This document shows, one piece after another, positions 20,981 to 30,313 of a stretch of 64,000 bases of DNA. Source of the stretch: Ignavibacteriales bacterium (GTDB lineage: Bacteria > Bacteroidota > Ignavibacteria > UBA10030 > UBA6906); contig JBBIRR010000011.1 in the NCBI GenBank assembly GCA_037441705.1, positions 1-64,000 on the forward strand, written 5' to 3'. Numbering within the stretch: position 1 is the first letter of the stretch; each line of letters begins with the position of its first letter. The position numbers and the translations under genes were made by a program. The notes beneath the pieces are model-generated. The model was given only the letters and a program-made list of their open reading frames with translations, searched no databases and was not told where the DNA came from.

Positions 20981-21880
20981 ATGGAAAATCGCCTTCAACA
21001 TAAGCTGTTCGTCGCGTTCCTCATCGTTCCATCCTTTCTCATTCTTTTTGCGGTCGTCTTTTATCCGTTCGTGTACAACGTGGTCATCTCGTTCTCGAAC
21101 ATGAACCTCCGCCACATCAAGGACTGGACGATCATTGGTCCGCAGCAGTATGTCAAAGTCTTTACCGAACCCACGCAACCCGATTTCTACAGTGTTTTCC
21201 TGAAGACCATCATCTGGACTGTGGTGAACGTCTTTTTCCATGTTGTGATAGGAGTTTTCCTCGCGTTGCTTCTGAACCAGCGAGATGTGAGAGGGAAGCC
21301 TGTCTTTCGGACGCTGTTGATTCTGCCGTGGGCAATTCCGCAGTACATTGTTGCTCTGACGTGGCGGGGCATGTTCAACTATGAGTATGGCTCTATCAAT
21401 CTCATTATTACAAAATACCTGAACCTCCCCGCCGTCGAATGGCTCAAAAGTCCCACCGAAGCGTTCATCGCCTGCATTCTCACAAATGTCTGGCTCGGCT
21501 TTCCCTTCATGATGGTGATAGCGCTGGGTGCCCTCCAGAGCATTCCACATGAGTTGTACGAGGCAGCGGACATTGATGGCGCGTCGTGGTGGCATAAGCT
21601 CTGGAGGATTACCGTCCCGCTCATCCGTCCGGTGATGGTGCCGGCGATTACGCTCGGTACCGTATGGACGTTCAACAACCTGAACATCGTCTGGTTGGTA
21701 AGCAACGCCGGTGAACCGTCGGACCAGACGCACATCCTTGTGTCCTTTGTTTACAAGGCGGCGTTCAATCTATATCGGTACGGGTATGCAGCCGCGCTTT
21801 CGATGGTGATCTTTGTTATCCTCCTCGCGTTCAGTCTTTTCTTCATGAAGAGGACTCGAGCAACGGAGGCGGCGTATTAG
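20981..21880 (+). CDS. malF: Sugar ABC permease (MalF-like)
   Basis: Multiple TMs; EAA loop 'LQSIPHELYEAADIDGAS'; 'LILPWAIP'. Confidence 0.88.
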   Translation: MENRLQHKLFVAFLIVPSFLILFAVVFYPFVYNVVISFSNMNLRHIKDWTIIGPQQYVKVFTEPTQPDFYSVFLKTIIWTVVNVFFHVVIGVFLALLLNQRDVRGKPVFRTLLILPWAIPQYIVALTWRGMFNYEYGSINLIITKYLNLPAVEWLKSPTEAFIACILTNVWLGFPFMMVIALGALQSIPHELYEAADIDGASWWHKLWRITVPLIRPVMVPAITLGTVWTFNNLNIVWLVSNAGEPSDQTHILVSFVYKAAFNLYRYGYAAALSMVIFVILLAFSLFFMKRTRATEAAY

Positions 21881-21951
21881 AATGGAGTGATGGAATGGTG
21901 GAGTGGGGGACTGATGGAAAGATGGAGTGATGGAGTGATGGGTGGGTGGGA
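21880..21951 (+). repeat. Degenerate 8-bp tandem repeat (consensus TGATGGAG, 9 units)
   Basis: GAATGGAG TGATGGAA TGGTGGAG TGGGGGAC TGATGGAA AGATGGAG TGATGGAG TGATGGGT GGGTGGGA. Confidence 0.85.
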
Positions 21952-22041
21952 AGCTCAAGATTTGGCAGAAGGCAATCTCTTTGTACAAACGTGTGTGGTT
22001 TTGACCGGGCGATGTATTTCAACGATGTACGAGGTTTCACG

Positions 22042-22869
22042 ATGAAGCGTACGCTTCGGCTGGCGGCAACTTACCTTGCGCTGATACTCTTCAGTGTCGT
22101 TGCGGTGTATCCCGTTTCACAGGTTGTCACCATCTCACTCCGCCCTGCAGATAAGCTGCTATCGACATCCCTGGAGATCATTCCGGAGAACGCGACGTTC
22201 GACAATTACGAGCGGCTCTTCACAGACCAGCCTTTCTTGCTGTGGCTGTGGAACAGCATTCTTGTCTCCGGCGTGGTGACGATTACCGGGGTGGTTCTCG
22301 CCGCGATGGCGGGCTACGCGTTCTCTCGCTTTCATTTCATCGGAAAGAAATTCGGCTTGCTCAGTCTGCTGACGACGCAGATGTTTCCTGCAACCATGCT
22401 GCTGCTGCCGCTCTACATCATGCTCATCAAGCTCGGACTCATCAACACGTATCTCGGCGTCATCATTATCTATACCGCGACAGCGCTGCCGTTTACGATT
22501 TGGACGATGAAGGGCTACTACGACACGATCCCGACAAGCCTCGAAGAAGCGGCACGCATTGACGGCTGCAATCAATTCCAAGCCTTCTACAAGATCATCC
22601 TGCCGCTGGCAGCGCCGGCTCTGGTCATCACCGCTCTGTTCTCATTCATGACGGCGTGGGCCGAGTATCTCGTTGCTGCACAGATCCTTCAGGACTCACA
22701 GCTGTGGACCCTCCCGCTAGGACTCAAATCGTTCGAATCGAACATGAGCACGGAGTGGGGACTGTACGGGGCGTCGTCCATTATTGTCACGATTCCCGTC
22801 GTGATACTCTTTCTTGCCTTGAGCAAATATCTCGTTTCGGGATTGACGTTAGGAAGTGTGAAGGGATAG
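22042..22869 (+). CDS. malG: Sugar ABC permease (MalG-like)
   Basis: 'AGYAFSRF', 'QMFP', EAA loop 'KGYYDTIPTSLEEAARIDG', terminal 'LVSGLTLGSVKG'; GAGG upstream of ATG 22042. Confidence 0.88.
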   Translation: MKRTLRLAATYLALILFSVVAVYPVSQVVTISLRPADKLLSTSLEIIPENATFDNYERLFTDQPFLLWLWNSILVSGVVTITGVVLAAMAGYAFSRFHFIGKKFGLLSLLTTQMFPATMLLLPLYIMLIKLGLINTYLGVIIIYTATALPFTIWTMKGYYDTIPTSLEEAARIDGCNQFQAFYKIILPLAAPALVITALFSFMTAWAEYLVAAQILQDSQLWTLPLGLKSFESNMSTEWGLYGASSIIVTIPVVILFLALSKYLVSGLTLGSVKG

Positions 22870-22924
22870 GTCAGGGTAACGAACCGGAGTTTGCGTGCCG
22901 CGTTCGAAGGTCGCTGAGGATTCT

Positions 22925-25900
22925 CTATCGCGTCTCGAGGACGTCATACACATTCGGCTCATCCATTCTCGTTCTTCCACCTCCATGCCACTCGCTTGCG
23001 TTTTCTCGTACAGCCCTGAACTCACCTAAGCCCGCGCCGCCGTGATCGTCCTGCCCGCCGACGAGAACGGTGAACGTCCATTTCTCCGTTGGCGTGCCGA
23101 GATACTTCGTTGGGAGCGCGAAGCGAATAACGCCGCGTTCAGCATCGCCCAACGGATGCGAAACGTCTTCCTCCTTCGGGACGTATGCCGCAAGCACACG
23201 CCCCTCCTTGTCCTCGAGTTGAACGCCGCCGCCCACATAGATAATTCTTTCGTATGCGCGCCGAGGCGGCAGCATGAAATTTGAATTCCGTCCAACCAAT
23301 CGTCTCCCGGAGTTTTCGATTCCATCTTCATCAATGGCGATGGCGATGAACGTCAACTGGAACCCATATTCGAGATGCCAGCCGGGGTTTGCTAGCGCCG
23401 CGAACTGCAGCTCGAAGTACGCCATCGAGTCGTCTGCCGAGACGGCAAACCGAGTGATGTCAAATCCCCCTTTTTTGAAATGCGGGCTGAGCGGGTACGT
23501 GAATGCTCCCGTTCCATTGTCATCGCCTTCCGGATCATCAACCGAGACAAGGCTGCGTGCCACCGGGTTGAATGCCTTGATGGCAGGATGTGGAACTAAA
23601 GCATAGTCAGGTGGACGAAGAGCTTTGAGCCCGGCACGAAGCGAAGGAGCCACGAACGCCAGCGGCGAGCGACTACTGAGGGCTGCGGCGTTGTTGATAG
23701 TTTCACTGATGAAGTTATCTCTAATTCCTTCTGATACAAGAGATAAGGCTGAATCACTTAGCGTAATGAATATGTGAGAATTAGGTCGAACCTTGAACGT
23801 GCCTGAGATTTCTTGGCTGTCATCCATCAGCAGGTGAATCTCGGCTGTCCCGCCTTTCCGCAGATTGCTGGCGTCGATACGAACGGAGGTGGTTTCGTTC
23901 GTGCTCCCGATTTCAAACGGCAATGCTCGGCCGTTGAGGTTGATGACGGCCTTCACTGCACCGAGTGCCTTCGGTATCCTCGGTCGGAGCACGAGGTGAT
24001 GATTCAGCAAGCTGACACGAGCCCCAAGATAATCATCATAGAAATTGCGGATGAACTCAGCGAGGTTCCAAGCTTGCGAGATGGTGCCTGACAGCAACGG
24101 CTCACGCTCGTCCGCCCGCGGCAGCGCGTCGAGCAGTTCCGATTGTGTGCCGACCGCGCCTCGGTCCAGGATTTGGTGAACTGCATTTTGCGTTAGTCGG
24201 AATGCGAACTCATGCTCATTGAAATGGACCAACTCCGAAATCAGCGGACCTTGAAGCCACGTCCATACAACTCCGTTGTGGTATGCCGCGTCTTTTGGAT
24301 AGTAAGGCGGATAAAGATGGTACGGATGAAAATCGTCATCCTCTTGCGAGAGCGACGCAACGCCGTACTCGTACGTGAGTTTTGAGACGACGGTTTGCAC
24401 AACCTGTGCACGGAGTTCCTCGGGCAGCAGTCGTGCTGTGAAAATCTGATTGGGCCGAAGTCGGTTGTCGGGCGATCCATCTCGTCGCAGGTGGTCAACG
24501 ACCTGACCGTGATGGATGAAGAAGCGGAGGAAGTTCTGTCTCAGAAGAAGGAGGTGATCACGCCACCGTTGTGCGCGGGAGCTATCCTGAAGTTGCGTTG
24601 CGAACCACACTCCGGCTTCCAGCTGCTGTGCCCATAGTGCCTGCACGTCGTTTGCCCGATTGCCGCGCGGGCTCCACGGCCCGTCTGGTCCGACGGCGTC
24701 CATCCACGTTTCCGCGTCGCCGTGCGTGAGAAAGCCGAGGGAATCGCAATGATGGCGCAGCGTCCCTTCAATTGATCGAACGATTGTGGGATAGATGGAA
24801 GACATGAACGCGGTATCGCCGGAGCGTTCAACATACTCTCGCGCCATCATCACGAAGCGCGGCGTACCGTCTGCCGTGTTGTATGCCCGGTCGGTTGTGG
24901 TGATGATGTTGGGGATTCGCCCGTAGTCGTGCGAAGTCGAGTCGCGCTGCTGGTGCGCCGCAAAGCTCAGCAGGATTTCCTTAGCCTCGCCGAAACGTCC
25001 CAGCACAAGCGTTGCACCGGGTAGTGCAATAAACGTGTCGCGGCCCCAGTAGTTGTTGAACCACGGCAGCCCGGCGAAAATCCCCTTCATGCGTTGGTTC
25101 ATCAGGAGTGCATCGAGCGAGAGTTTTGCCCACGCCAGCGCCTTGTTGAAGTCTGCATTCTCCGTCTCGACGAACGTCTCGCGCAGCAGGCGCTCCATGC
25201 GCTCGCGACGGACGCGATGATAGCGATCCTTGTGCTTGAGGTACGAGCGTGCATGCTGTACGGCTTCCTCAGGTGTATCGCCAACGCTGAAGACGAGAAC
25301 ATGCGTAGTTGCCTTCCGGCCGGCGACAATGACCGGCGAGAAGTTGTTTTGCCTTTGCGTGGATTTCCTCTGTGGCAGAAAACCCGCTCCATGAATCGCC
25401 AGCCAAACGGGATACGGCTGCTGTTCTGTTTTCGAAAGATGGCTTCTACGCGCGAGAAGCACAAGCTGTTCTCGAAACCGCGTGACGTAATCACGGGCGC
25501 CTTCGGAGAACAAGGGAATGACATCAATGTGTACAGGCTTCGGCGCAGTGACCGTAACTGAGAACAGCGCGAGGCTATCAACGAGCCGCAATTCTTCGAC
25601 AATGCCGCCCGGATACAGGCGCTTCAAGTAGTCGGGATACACGACGACCGAACGCGCAGAAGAACGGTCGAGTCTCTTTTCCTCAATCCAGATCTCATAG
25701 TCGTGAACGAACGTGTGACCGAACACGTTAAACCCTTGCCAGACCGAGCGGTTCTCTGCATGCGTTTCGCCGATGAAGAAAGCAGTTTCCTTATTCGTGA
25801 AGGCAAACTCTCGGGATACGCCCTTCACCTCGATCGCCAGCTCTTCGACAAGCGGCTGTGAGAACGATTGCGTGAGAAGCCTCAGAGAGAGAACTCCCAC

Positions 25901-25948
25901 GGTCGCAAAACCGATCCGTGAGTTGCGGTGGGTATATCCGCGCCTCAT
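22925..25948 (-). CDS. Amylo-alpha-1,6-glucosidase (GDE_C/GH133-like) with C-terminal glucodextranase DOMON-like domain, probably exported
   Basis: 'AGLPWFNNYWGRDTFIALPG', 'YNTADGTPRF', 'TWMDA', 'RPNQIF', 'YHNGVVWTWL', 'SQAWN'; C-terminal 'DPEGDDNGTGAFTYP'; ATGA overlap at 25945-25948. Confidence 0.85.
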   Translation of the reverse strand: MRRGYTHRNSRIGFATVGVLSLRLLTQSFSQPLVEELAIEVKGVSREFAFTNKETAFFIGETHAENRSVWQGFNVFGHTFVHDYEIWIEEKRLDRSSARSVVVYPDYLKRLYPGGIVEELRLVDSLALFSVTVTAPKPVHIDVIPLFSEGARDYVTRFREQLVLLARRSHLSKTEQQPYPVWLAIHGAGFLPQRKSTQRQNNFSPVIVAGRKATTHVLVFSVGDTPEEAVQHARSYLKHKDRYHRVRRERMERLLRETFVETENADFNKALAWAKLSLDALLMNQRMKGIFAGLPWFNNYWGRDTFIALPGATLVLGRFGEAKEILLSFAAHQQRDSTSHDYGRIPNIITTTDRAYNTADGTPRFVMMAREYVERSGDTAFMSSIYPTIVRSIEGTLRHHCDSLGFLTHGDAETWMDAVGPDGPWSPRGNRANDVQALWAQQLEAGVWFATQLQDSSRAQRWRDHLLLLRQNFLRFFIHHGQVVDHLRRDGSPDNRLRPNQIFTARLLPEELRAQVVQTVVSKLTYEYGVASLSQEDDDFHPYHLYPPYYPKDAAYHNGVVWTWLQGPLISELVHFNEHEFAFRLTQNAVHQILDRGAVGTQSELLDALPRADEREPLLSGTISQAWNLAEFIRNFYDDYLGARVSLLNHHLVLRPRIPKALGAVKAVINLNGRALPFEIGSTNETTSVRIDASNLRKGGTAEIHLLMDDSQEISGTFKVRPNSHIFITLSDSALSLVSEGIRDNFISETINNAAALSSRSPLAFVAPSLRAGLKALRPPDYALVPHPAIKAFNPVARSLVSVDDPEGDDNGTGAFTYPLSPHFKKGGFDITRFAVSADDSMAYFELQFAALANPGWHLEYGFQLTFIAIAIDEDGIENSGRRLVGRNSNFMLPPRRAYERIIYVGGGVQLEDKEGRVLAAYVPKEEDVSHPLGDAERGVIRFALPTKYLGTPTEKWTFTVLVGGQDDHGGAGLGEFRAVRENASEWHGGGRTRMDEPNVYDVLETR

Positions 25949-27189
25949 CGCGTACCAAAGAAGTATTCCAGGATGGAGCTGATGCGCGCTCGCCAGTTGA
26001 ACCAATTGTGTCCTTCCGGATGCTCTTCGTAGTGGAGAGGATAGCCTTTCTCTTCCATCACCATTTTCATCCGATATGCTTTCTCCTGAGCATCGTGGAT
26101 CGTGCCTGTGTCGATGAAGAAGCGTACGTTCTTGCGCGGGCTATTAGCGATCAGCGCGATAAGCGAATCGTTTGCCCACCAGTAGGCTGGAGACTGCGCC
26201 GCGCTGAGGCCGAACACATCCGGCCGGGTGAATGCCGCGTACGTTGCGATCAGTCCGCCAAGCGAGGCGCCCATAATCCCCGTTCGGGCCGGGTCGGTGG
26301 CGGCGTTGTACCGACTGGCAATGATTGGTCGGAGTTCCTCGGCGAGGAAGCGTACGTAGGAGTCGCTCATCGTGTAATCCATCATCCGCTTGTTAGTGCT
26401 CGGGTTGCGGGGGTCTGTTCGGGGGTCAACGAATACTGCGACGATGGGCGGGATGCGTCCATCGGCAAGCATGTTGTCCAGCACGTTCGTCATCAGCGCA
26501 AGCGAGATGTACTCGCCTCCATCGTTCACGTAGAGCGTGGCGTAGCGCGCCGAGGACGATTTTCCATAGTCGGGCGGAAGGTAGACGAAAACGGGATGCG
26601 TCCGCTGAAGGATCGTGCTGCTGATGCTGAGTGTGTCGAGTTTTCCATGAGGAACGTCTGGGCGAAACTCGACTTCCTTCGGGGGACGGTAGAGAGGCAT
26701 GCAGACTTCCGAGTTAGGTCCGTAGCCGCCGATGGCCCGCCGTTGATTGATTGGATCGAGTATCCAGGCCGAATCTACGACAAACTTGTACTCGCATCGA
26801 GCGGCAAGGGGGAGACGCTTGCTGAGGACAAACAGTTGTGTTTGGGCCACGCGTTGCATTGTGTCGGCTTCAGGATTCCAGCCGTTCAAGTCGCCTGGGA
26901 CTGCTACGTGTGCAGCCGGGCCAATGTAGACGAAGTGCACCGTCGAATCCTCCACAATCACCTGCCCGTTGAAGCGCAAAGTTGCATGCAGATGTTCGAC
27001 AAGTACACGCCTGCAAGTGGAGTCCGCTTCTTGAATTTCCCGCAGAATGTGAGCGAAGGGCCTTCCGAGAAAACCGCCTGCATGACGCATATCGAGCGCC
27101 TGACTTCGCGTCGTAGCGGGGATCGCCAACAGAAAGAGTGCGCTGAAAAATTGGAATGAGTGCCGGAGCGCGGCCCGAATGGGTGTCAT
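25945..27189 (-). CDS. Exported alpha/beta-hydrolase esterase (Fes-like) with N-terminal CBM48-like domain
   Basis: Signal-like N-terminus; 'VAVPGDLNGW...YKFVVD...DPIN'; 'VYLPPDY'; nucleophile motif 'GASLGG'; 'EGHNW'. Confidence 0.85.
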   Translation of the reverse strand: MTPIRAALRHSFQFFSALFLLAIPATTRSQALDMRHAGGFLGRPFAHILREIQEADSTCRRVLVEHLHATLRFNGQVIVEDSTVHFVYIGPAAHVAVPGDLNGWNPEADTMQRVAQTQLFVLSKRLPLAARCEYKFVVDSAWILDPINQRRAIGGYGPNSEVCMPLYRPPKEVEFRPDVPHGKLDTLSISSTILQRTHPVFVYLPPDYGKSSSARYATLYVNDGGEYISLALMTNVLDNMLADGRIPPIVAVFVDPRTDPRNPSTNKRMMDYTMSDSYVRFLAEELRPIIASRYNAATDPARTGIMGASLGGLIATYAAFTRPDVFGLSAAQSPAYWWANDSLIALIANSPRKNVRFFIDTGTIHDAQEKAYRMKMVMEEKGYPLHYEEHPEGHNWFNWRARISSILEYFFGTR

Positions 27190-27265
27190 CGTTTCGTAAA
27201 ATGCCAACAGGTGTGCACAAACTACCTGCGATAATATACGTACCCTGCGAATGAGTTGAAACCAG

Positions 27266-27294
27266 TTGCACGTCCGCACGGCATAAACTATATT
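27266..27294 (+). promoter_or_regulatory. sigma70-like promoter of udk
   Basis: TTGCAC-17-TATATT, 26 bp before the ATG. Confidence 0.55.
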
Positions 27295-27320
27295 GGGGTA
27301 GTCAGTTTTTCTCTTCTCCT

Positions 27321-27944
27321 ATGTCATCAACGAGTATAGTTGTTGGGATAGCCGGCGGAACAAGTTCGGGAAAGACGACGGTAACGCGTCAGATTACTGC
27401 ATCGCTCGGCGAGTCGAACATCGCCCTTCTGCAGCACGACTCCTACTATAAGGACCTTTCGGCGTTTGGCGGCAAGCAGCCTCACGAAATCAACTTCGAT
27501 CATCCTGATGCTTACGACACGGCGCTGCTGATCGAGCATGTGCGCAAGCTGCGCGGTGGTGAGCCGATCCAGCAGCCGGTGTACAGTTATACGACGTATC
27601 GCCGAACGAGCGAGCTGCGGTTGGTAGAACCGAAACGCATCATCATTGTGGAGGGCATTCTGGTGTTTTTCGAGAGAGAACTCCGCGACCTCATTGATGT
27701 GAAAGTTTTCGTTGACACCGATGACGATGAGCGCGTGCTTCGTCGGATTCGACGCGATGTGCTTGAGCGCGGGCGCACAATCGAATCCGTTATTGATCAG
27801 TACATCAGTACCGTCAAGCCGATGCACTTAGAATTCGTGGAGCCGACCAAGCGCTGGGCAGATGTCATTATTCCCCGCGGCGGCGAAAACCGCGTCGCCA
27901 TTGATCTCGTTGTGCGCATGCTCAAGACCCTCGATATGACGTAG
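27321..27944 (+). CDS. udk: Uridine kinase
   Basis: 'GIAGGTSSGKTT', 'DSYY', 'NFDHPDA', 'VEGIL', 'RRDVLERGR', 'VKPMHLEFVEPTKRWAD'. Confidence 0.95.
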   Translation: MSSTSIVVGIAGGTSSGKTTVTRQITASLGESNIALLQHDSYYKDLSAFGGKQPHEINFDHPDAYDTALLIEHVRKLRGGEPIQQPVYSYTTYRRTSELRLVEPKRIIIVEGILVFFERELRDLIDVKVFVDTDDDERVLRRIRRDVLERGRTIESVIDQYISTVKPMHLEFVEPTKRWADVIIPRGGENRVAIDLVVRMLKTLDMT

Positions 27945-27967
27945 CCCTCGGCTGCGGCGTCGAATGG

Positions 27968-28339
27968 TCATTTCATGGGAAGGGCTTCGCTGATACAGCG
28001 AAGGAGGCATCCAACCATCTCGGTCTTGCGCACGAGCTTGGTCGAAGGATGCTCAGCAATATACTGCCTGTAGGATGATTCCTCGGAGCCGGTGAGGAAG
28101 ATAAAAGGTATATCTTTCAGCACGGGATCGCGGCTGACTCGCCTGTGAAGTTCAATGCCGTTCAACGATGGCATCTCGATATCCGATACGATCAGATCAA
28201 TGGGATTTTGCAGGAGGGTCGCGAGGGCTTCCTCGCCGCTGTGCGCCGCCAACACCGAGTACTCATGCAGGGCAAGCAAATCCTTGACCAGCTCCACATA
28301 GACCGGATCGTCATCTACCACAAGAATTGTTCTCTGCAT
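27968..28339 (-). CDS. Single-domain response regulator (CheY-like receiver)
   Basis: 'ILVVDDD', 'IVSDIEMPSLNG', 'IPFIFLT'. Confidence 0.9.
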   Translation of the reverse strand: MQRTILVVDDDPVYVELVKDLLALHEYSVLAAHSGEEALATLLQNPIDLIVSDIEMPSLNGIELHRRVSRDPVLKDIPFIFLTGSEESSYRQYIAEHPSTKLVRKTEMVGCLLRCISEALPMK

Positions 28340-28536
28340 GGCGGTGGTGATGGTTCAGAAGCTCAACGTTGTGCAGAAAATAGAAATTGTCGCTGCACGC
28401 GTCAACGAAAAAGATTTGCGAGGTCGCAAGCGATGGTGAATCGCGCAGAATTGTTTTTCACTCACTTTTCTCCTATCATTAGCAAGTCTTTTTTGGAATG
28501 AAAACGTTTTTCATGGGAAATTACATCGGGGGCTAA

Positions 28537-29391
28537 GTGAATCTCTACCAGGCAATCGTCCTTGGTATCGTCCAGGGATTGACAGAATTCCTTCCCATCA
28601 GCAGCTCGGCGCATCTCACCATCGCCGGCAAGCTCTTCGGACTTATCAGTCCTGCAACAACCGAGTCGTGGACAGCATTTATCGCGGTGATTCAGTTGGG
28701 GACGCTGATTGCCGTTGTTGCCTACTTCTTCAAGGATTTGCTGCGGATGGCAGTGTCGCTCAAGAATGATTGGACGACACACGGTGTGTTGAACGGAGTC
28801 AAGCATTACTCGCTTCACTCCCGGCTGGCGCTCTATGTCGTTCTTGGGACTTTGCCTATGGGATTAATCGGACTTGGGCTGAGCAAAGTCGTTCACAGCA
28901 TGTTCACGAAGAGCACGATTGTCATTGCCTCCAGCTTGATCGGACTTGCGCTGCTGTTGTGGTTGGCAGAACGCGTGGCAAGCCACAAACGAACGCTGGA
29001 TGTTCTCACGTGGTGGGACGCGCTCATTATCGGCACGGCGCAAGCATTGGCGCTCATTCCTGGATCGTCGCGCTCGGGCACGACGATTACGGCGGGACTC
29101 TTTCTGAATTTCTCACGCGAAGCTGCCGCGCGATTTTCGTTCCTCCTGAGTATTCCCGCCATAGGCGCCAGCGGCCTGTACGAATTGGCGACGGTCCAGA
29201 AGGGGATCGGCGACTTAGGAATTTTCAACGTCGTCGCAGCGACGCTCGTTTCTGCCGTGGTCGGATACGCATCCATTGCCTGGCTGCTTCGTTTTCTTCT
29301 GGTCAACACGACGCTCAGTTTTGTCGTGTACCGCATCGCGTTGGGGGTTCTGCTGTTAGTGCTGCTTTCCTCCGGCATCATGGAATTCTGA
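28537..29391 (+). CDS. uppP: Undecaprenyl-diphosphate phosphatase
   Basis: 'GIVQGLTEFLPISSSAHL', 'ALIPGSSRSGTTI', 'AARFSFLLSIP'. Confidence 0.95.
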   Translation: MNLYQAIVLGIVQGLTEFLPISSSAHLTIAGKLFGLISPATTESWTAFIAVIQLGTLIAVVAYFFKDLLRMAVSLKNDWTTHGVLNGVKHYSLHSRLALYVVLGTLPMGLIGLGLSKVVHSMFTKSTIVIASSLIGLALLLWLAERVASHKRTLDVLTWWDALIIGTAQALALIPGSSRSGTTITAGLFLNFSREAAARFSFLLSIPAIGASGLYELATVQKGIGDLGIFNVVAATLVSAVVGYASIAWLLRFLLVNTTLSFVVYRIALGVLLLVLLSSGIMEF

Positions 29392-29426
29392 CGTGCTGCA
29401 CGCATGAGTGTCGGAAGGGTTTGGGT

Positions 29427-29942
29427 ATGAGCACGTATTCACCCGTTCGTAAGCTTACCACTATTGCCCTCCTCGCAGCGGTCGGCATCGCGCTGTTCGT
29501 CCTCGAATCCTACATCCCCATGCCGCTGCCGTTTCTGAAAATCGGCCTGGCGAACATCTCCAGCGTCGTTGCGTTGATGCTTCTCGGTACCACCAGTATG
29601 GTGTCGGTGGTTTTGCTGCGCGTTGTGGTGGGATCGTTGTTCATCGGAACGTTCATGAGTCCGGCTTTCTTGCTTGCCCTTTCGGCAGGTGTTGCTTCGG
29701 CCGTCGGGATGGCTGTCGTTCGCAAGATTTCGGGCAATCTGTTCAGCGTTGTCGGTCTCAGTCTTATCGGCGCGGTGTCACACAGCATCACGCAGCTTCT
29801 CATCGTTCGGTATGTGTATGTGCAAAACGCCTCGGTGCTTCATTTGCTTCCGCTGCTTCTCACCAGCTCGCTTGTCGGGGGAGTGATCGTGGGTTATCTT
29901 TCGCTGCGGCTCCTCAGCGCCCTTCCGGAGGCTGTCCGATAA
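29427..29942 (+). CDS. Gx transporter family protein (EetB-like; often annotated as heptaprenyl diphosphate synthase component I)
   Basis: Hydrophobic 171 aa; 'LESYIPMPLPFLKIGLANI', 'LLRV', 'SVVGLSLIGAVSHSITQL'. Confidence 0.85.
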   Translation: MSTYSPVRKLTTIALLAAVGIALFVLESYIPMPLPFLKIGLANISSVVALMLLGTTSMVSVVLLRVVVGSLFIGTFMSPAFLLALSAGVASAVGMAVVRKISGNLFSVVGLSLIGAVSHSITQLLIVRYVYVQNASVLHLLPLLLTSSLVGGVIVGYLSLRLLSALPEAVR

Positions 29943-30313
29943 TGAAACGCTTGACGATGGGTGACGCCGCGCTTCTCGTTGTGCTTACCGCGTGTACGGT
30001 GGGGAGCTTTTTTGCGCGGGATCTGTTCGCTTCCCACGGCTTTACCGTCCTGGTCGAGCTGCGTAACATCACGGTGTACAAGGGCAACCTCAGCGAAGAA
30101 CGCAAAGTCACCGTCCACGCCGCGTACGGCGACGTGCGTATTCAGATTCATGAGGGGAAGGTGGCCGTCGTCCATGCCGAATGTCCCAACAAAGTCTGCG
30201 TGCGTACCGGCTGGCGCGGACTTGCAGGTGAGTCGATCATCTGCGTGCCGAACCGACTCGTGATTAGAATCTTAGGAGACGGGGCCACTCCGGTCCGAGG
30301 GATTACGGGATGA
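29942..30313 (+). CDS. NusG domain II-containing membrane-anchored protein (DUF1312 / EetA-like)
   Basis: 'GD' + TM; 'AECPNKVCVRTGW...GESIICVPNRLVIRI'. Confidence 0.88.
   Translation: MKRLTMGDAALLVVLTACTVGSFFARDLFASHGFTVLVELRNITVYKGNLSEERKVTVHAAYGDVRIQIHEGKVAVVHAECPNKVCVRTGWRGLAGESIICVPNRLVIRILGDGATPVRGITG

Noticed and set aside
21880-21951. Repeat as a CRISPR array or MalT boxes
   Set aside because: No spacers, the unit is only 8 bp, no cas genes; poor match to the MalT consensus and not at a promoter.
28770-29426. N-terminal 219 aa of the 390-aa ORF as a fusion or frameshift with uppP
   Set aside because: Overlaps intact uppP in another frame; the Gx protein starts cleanly at ATG 29427.
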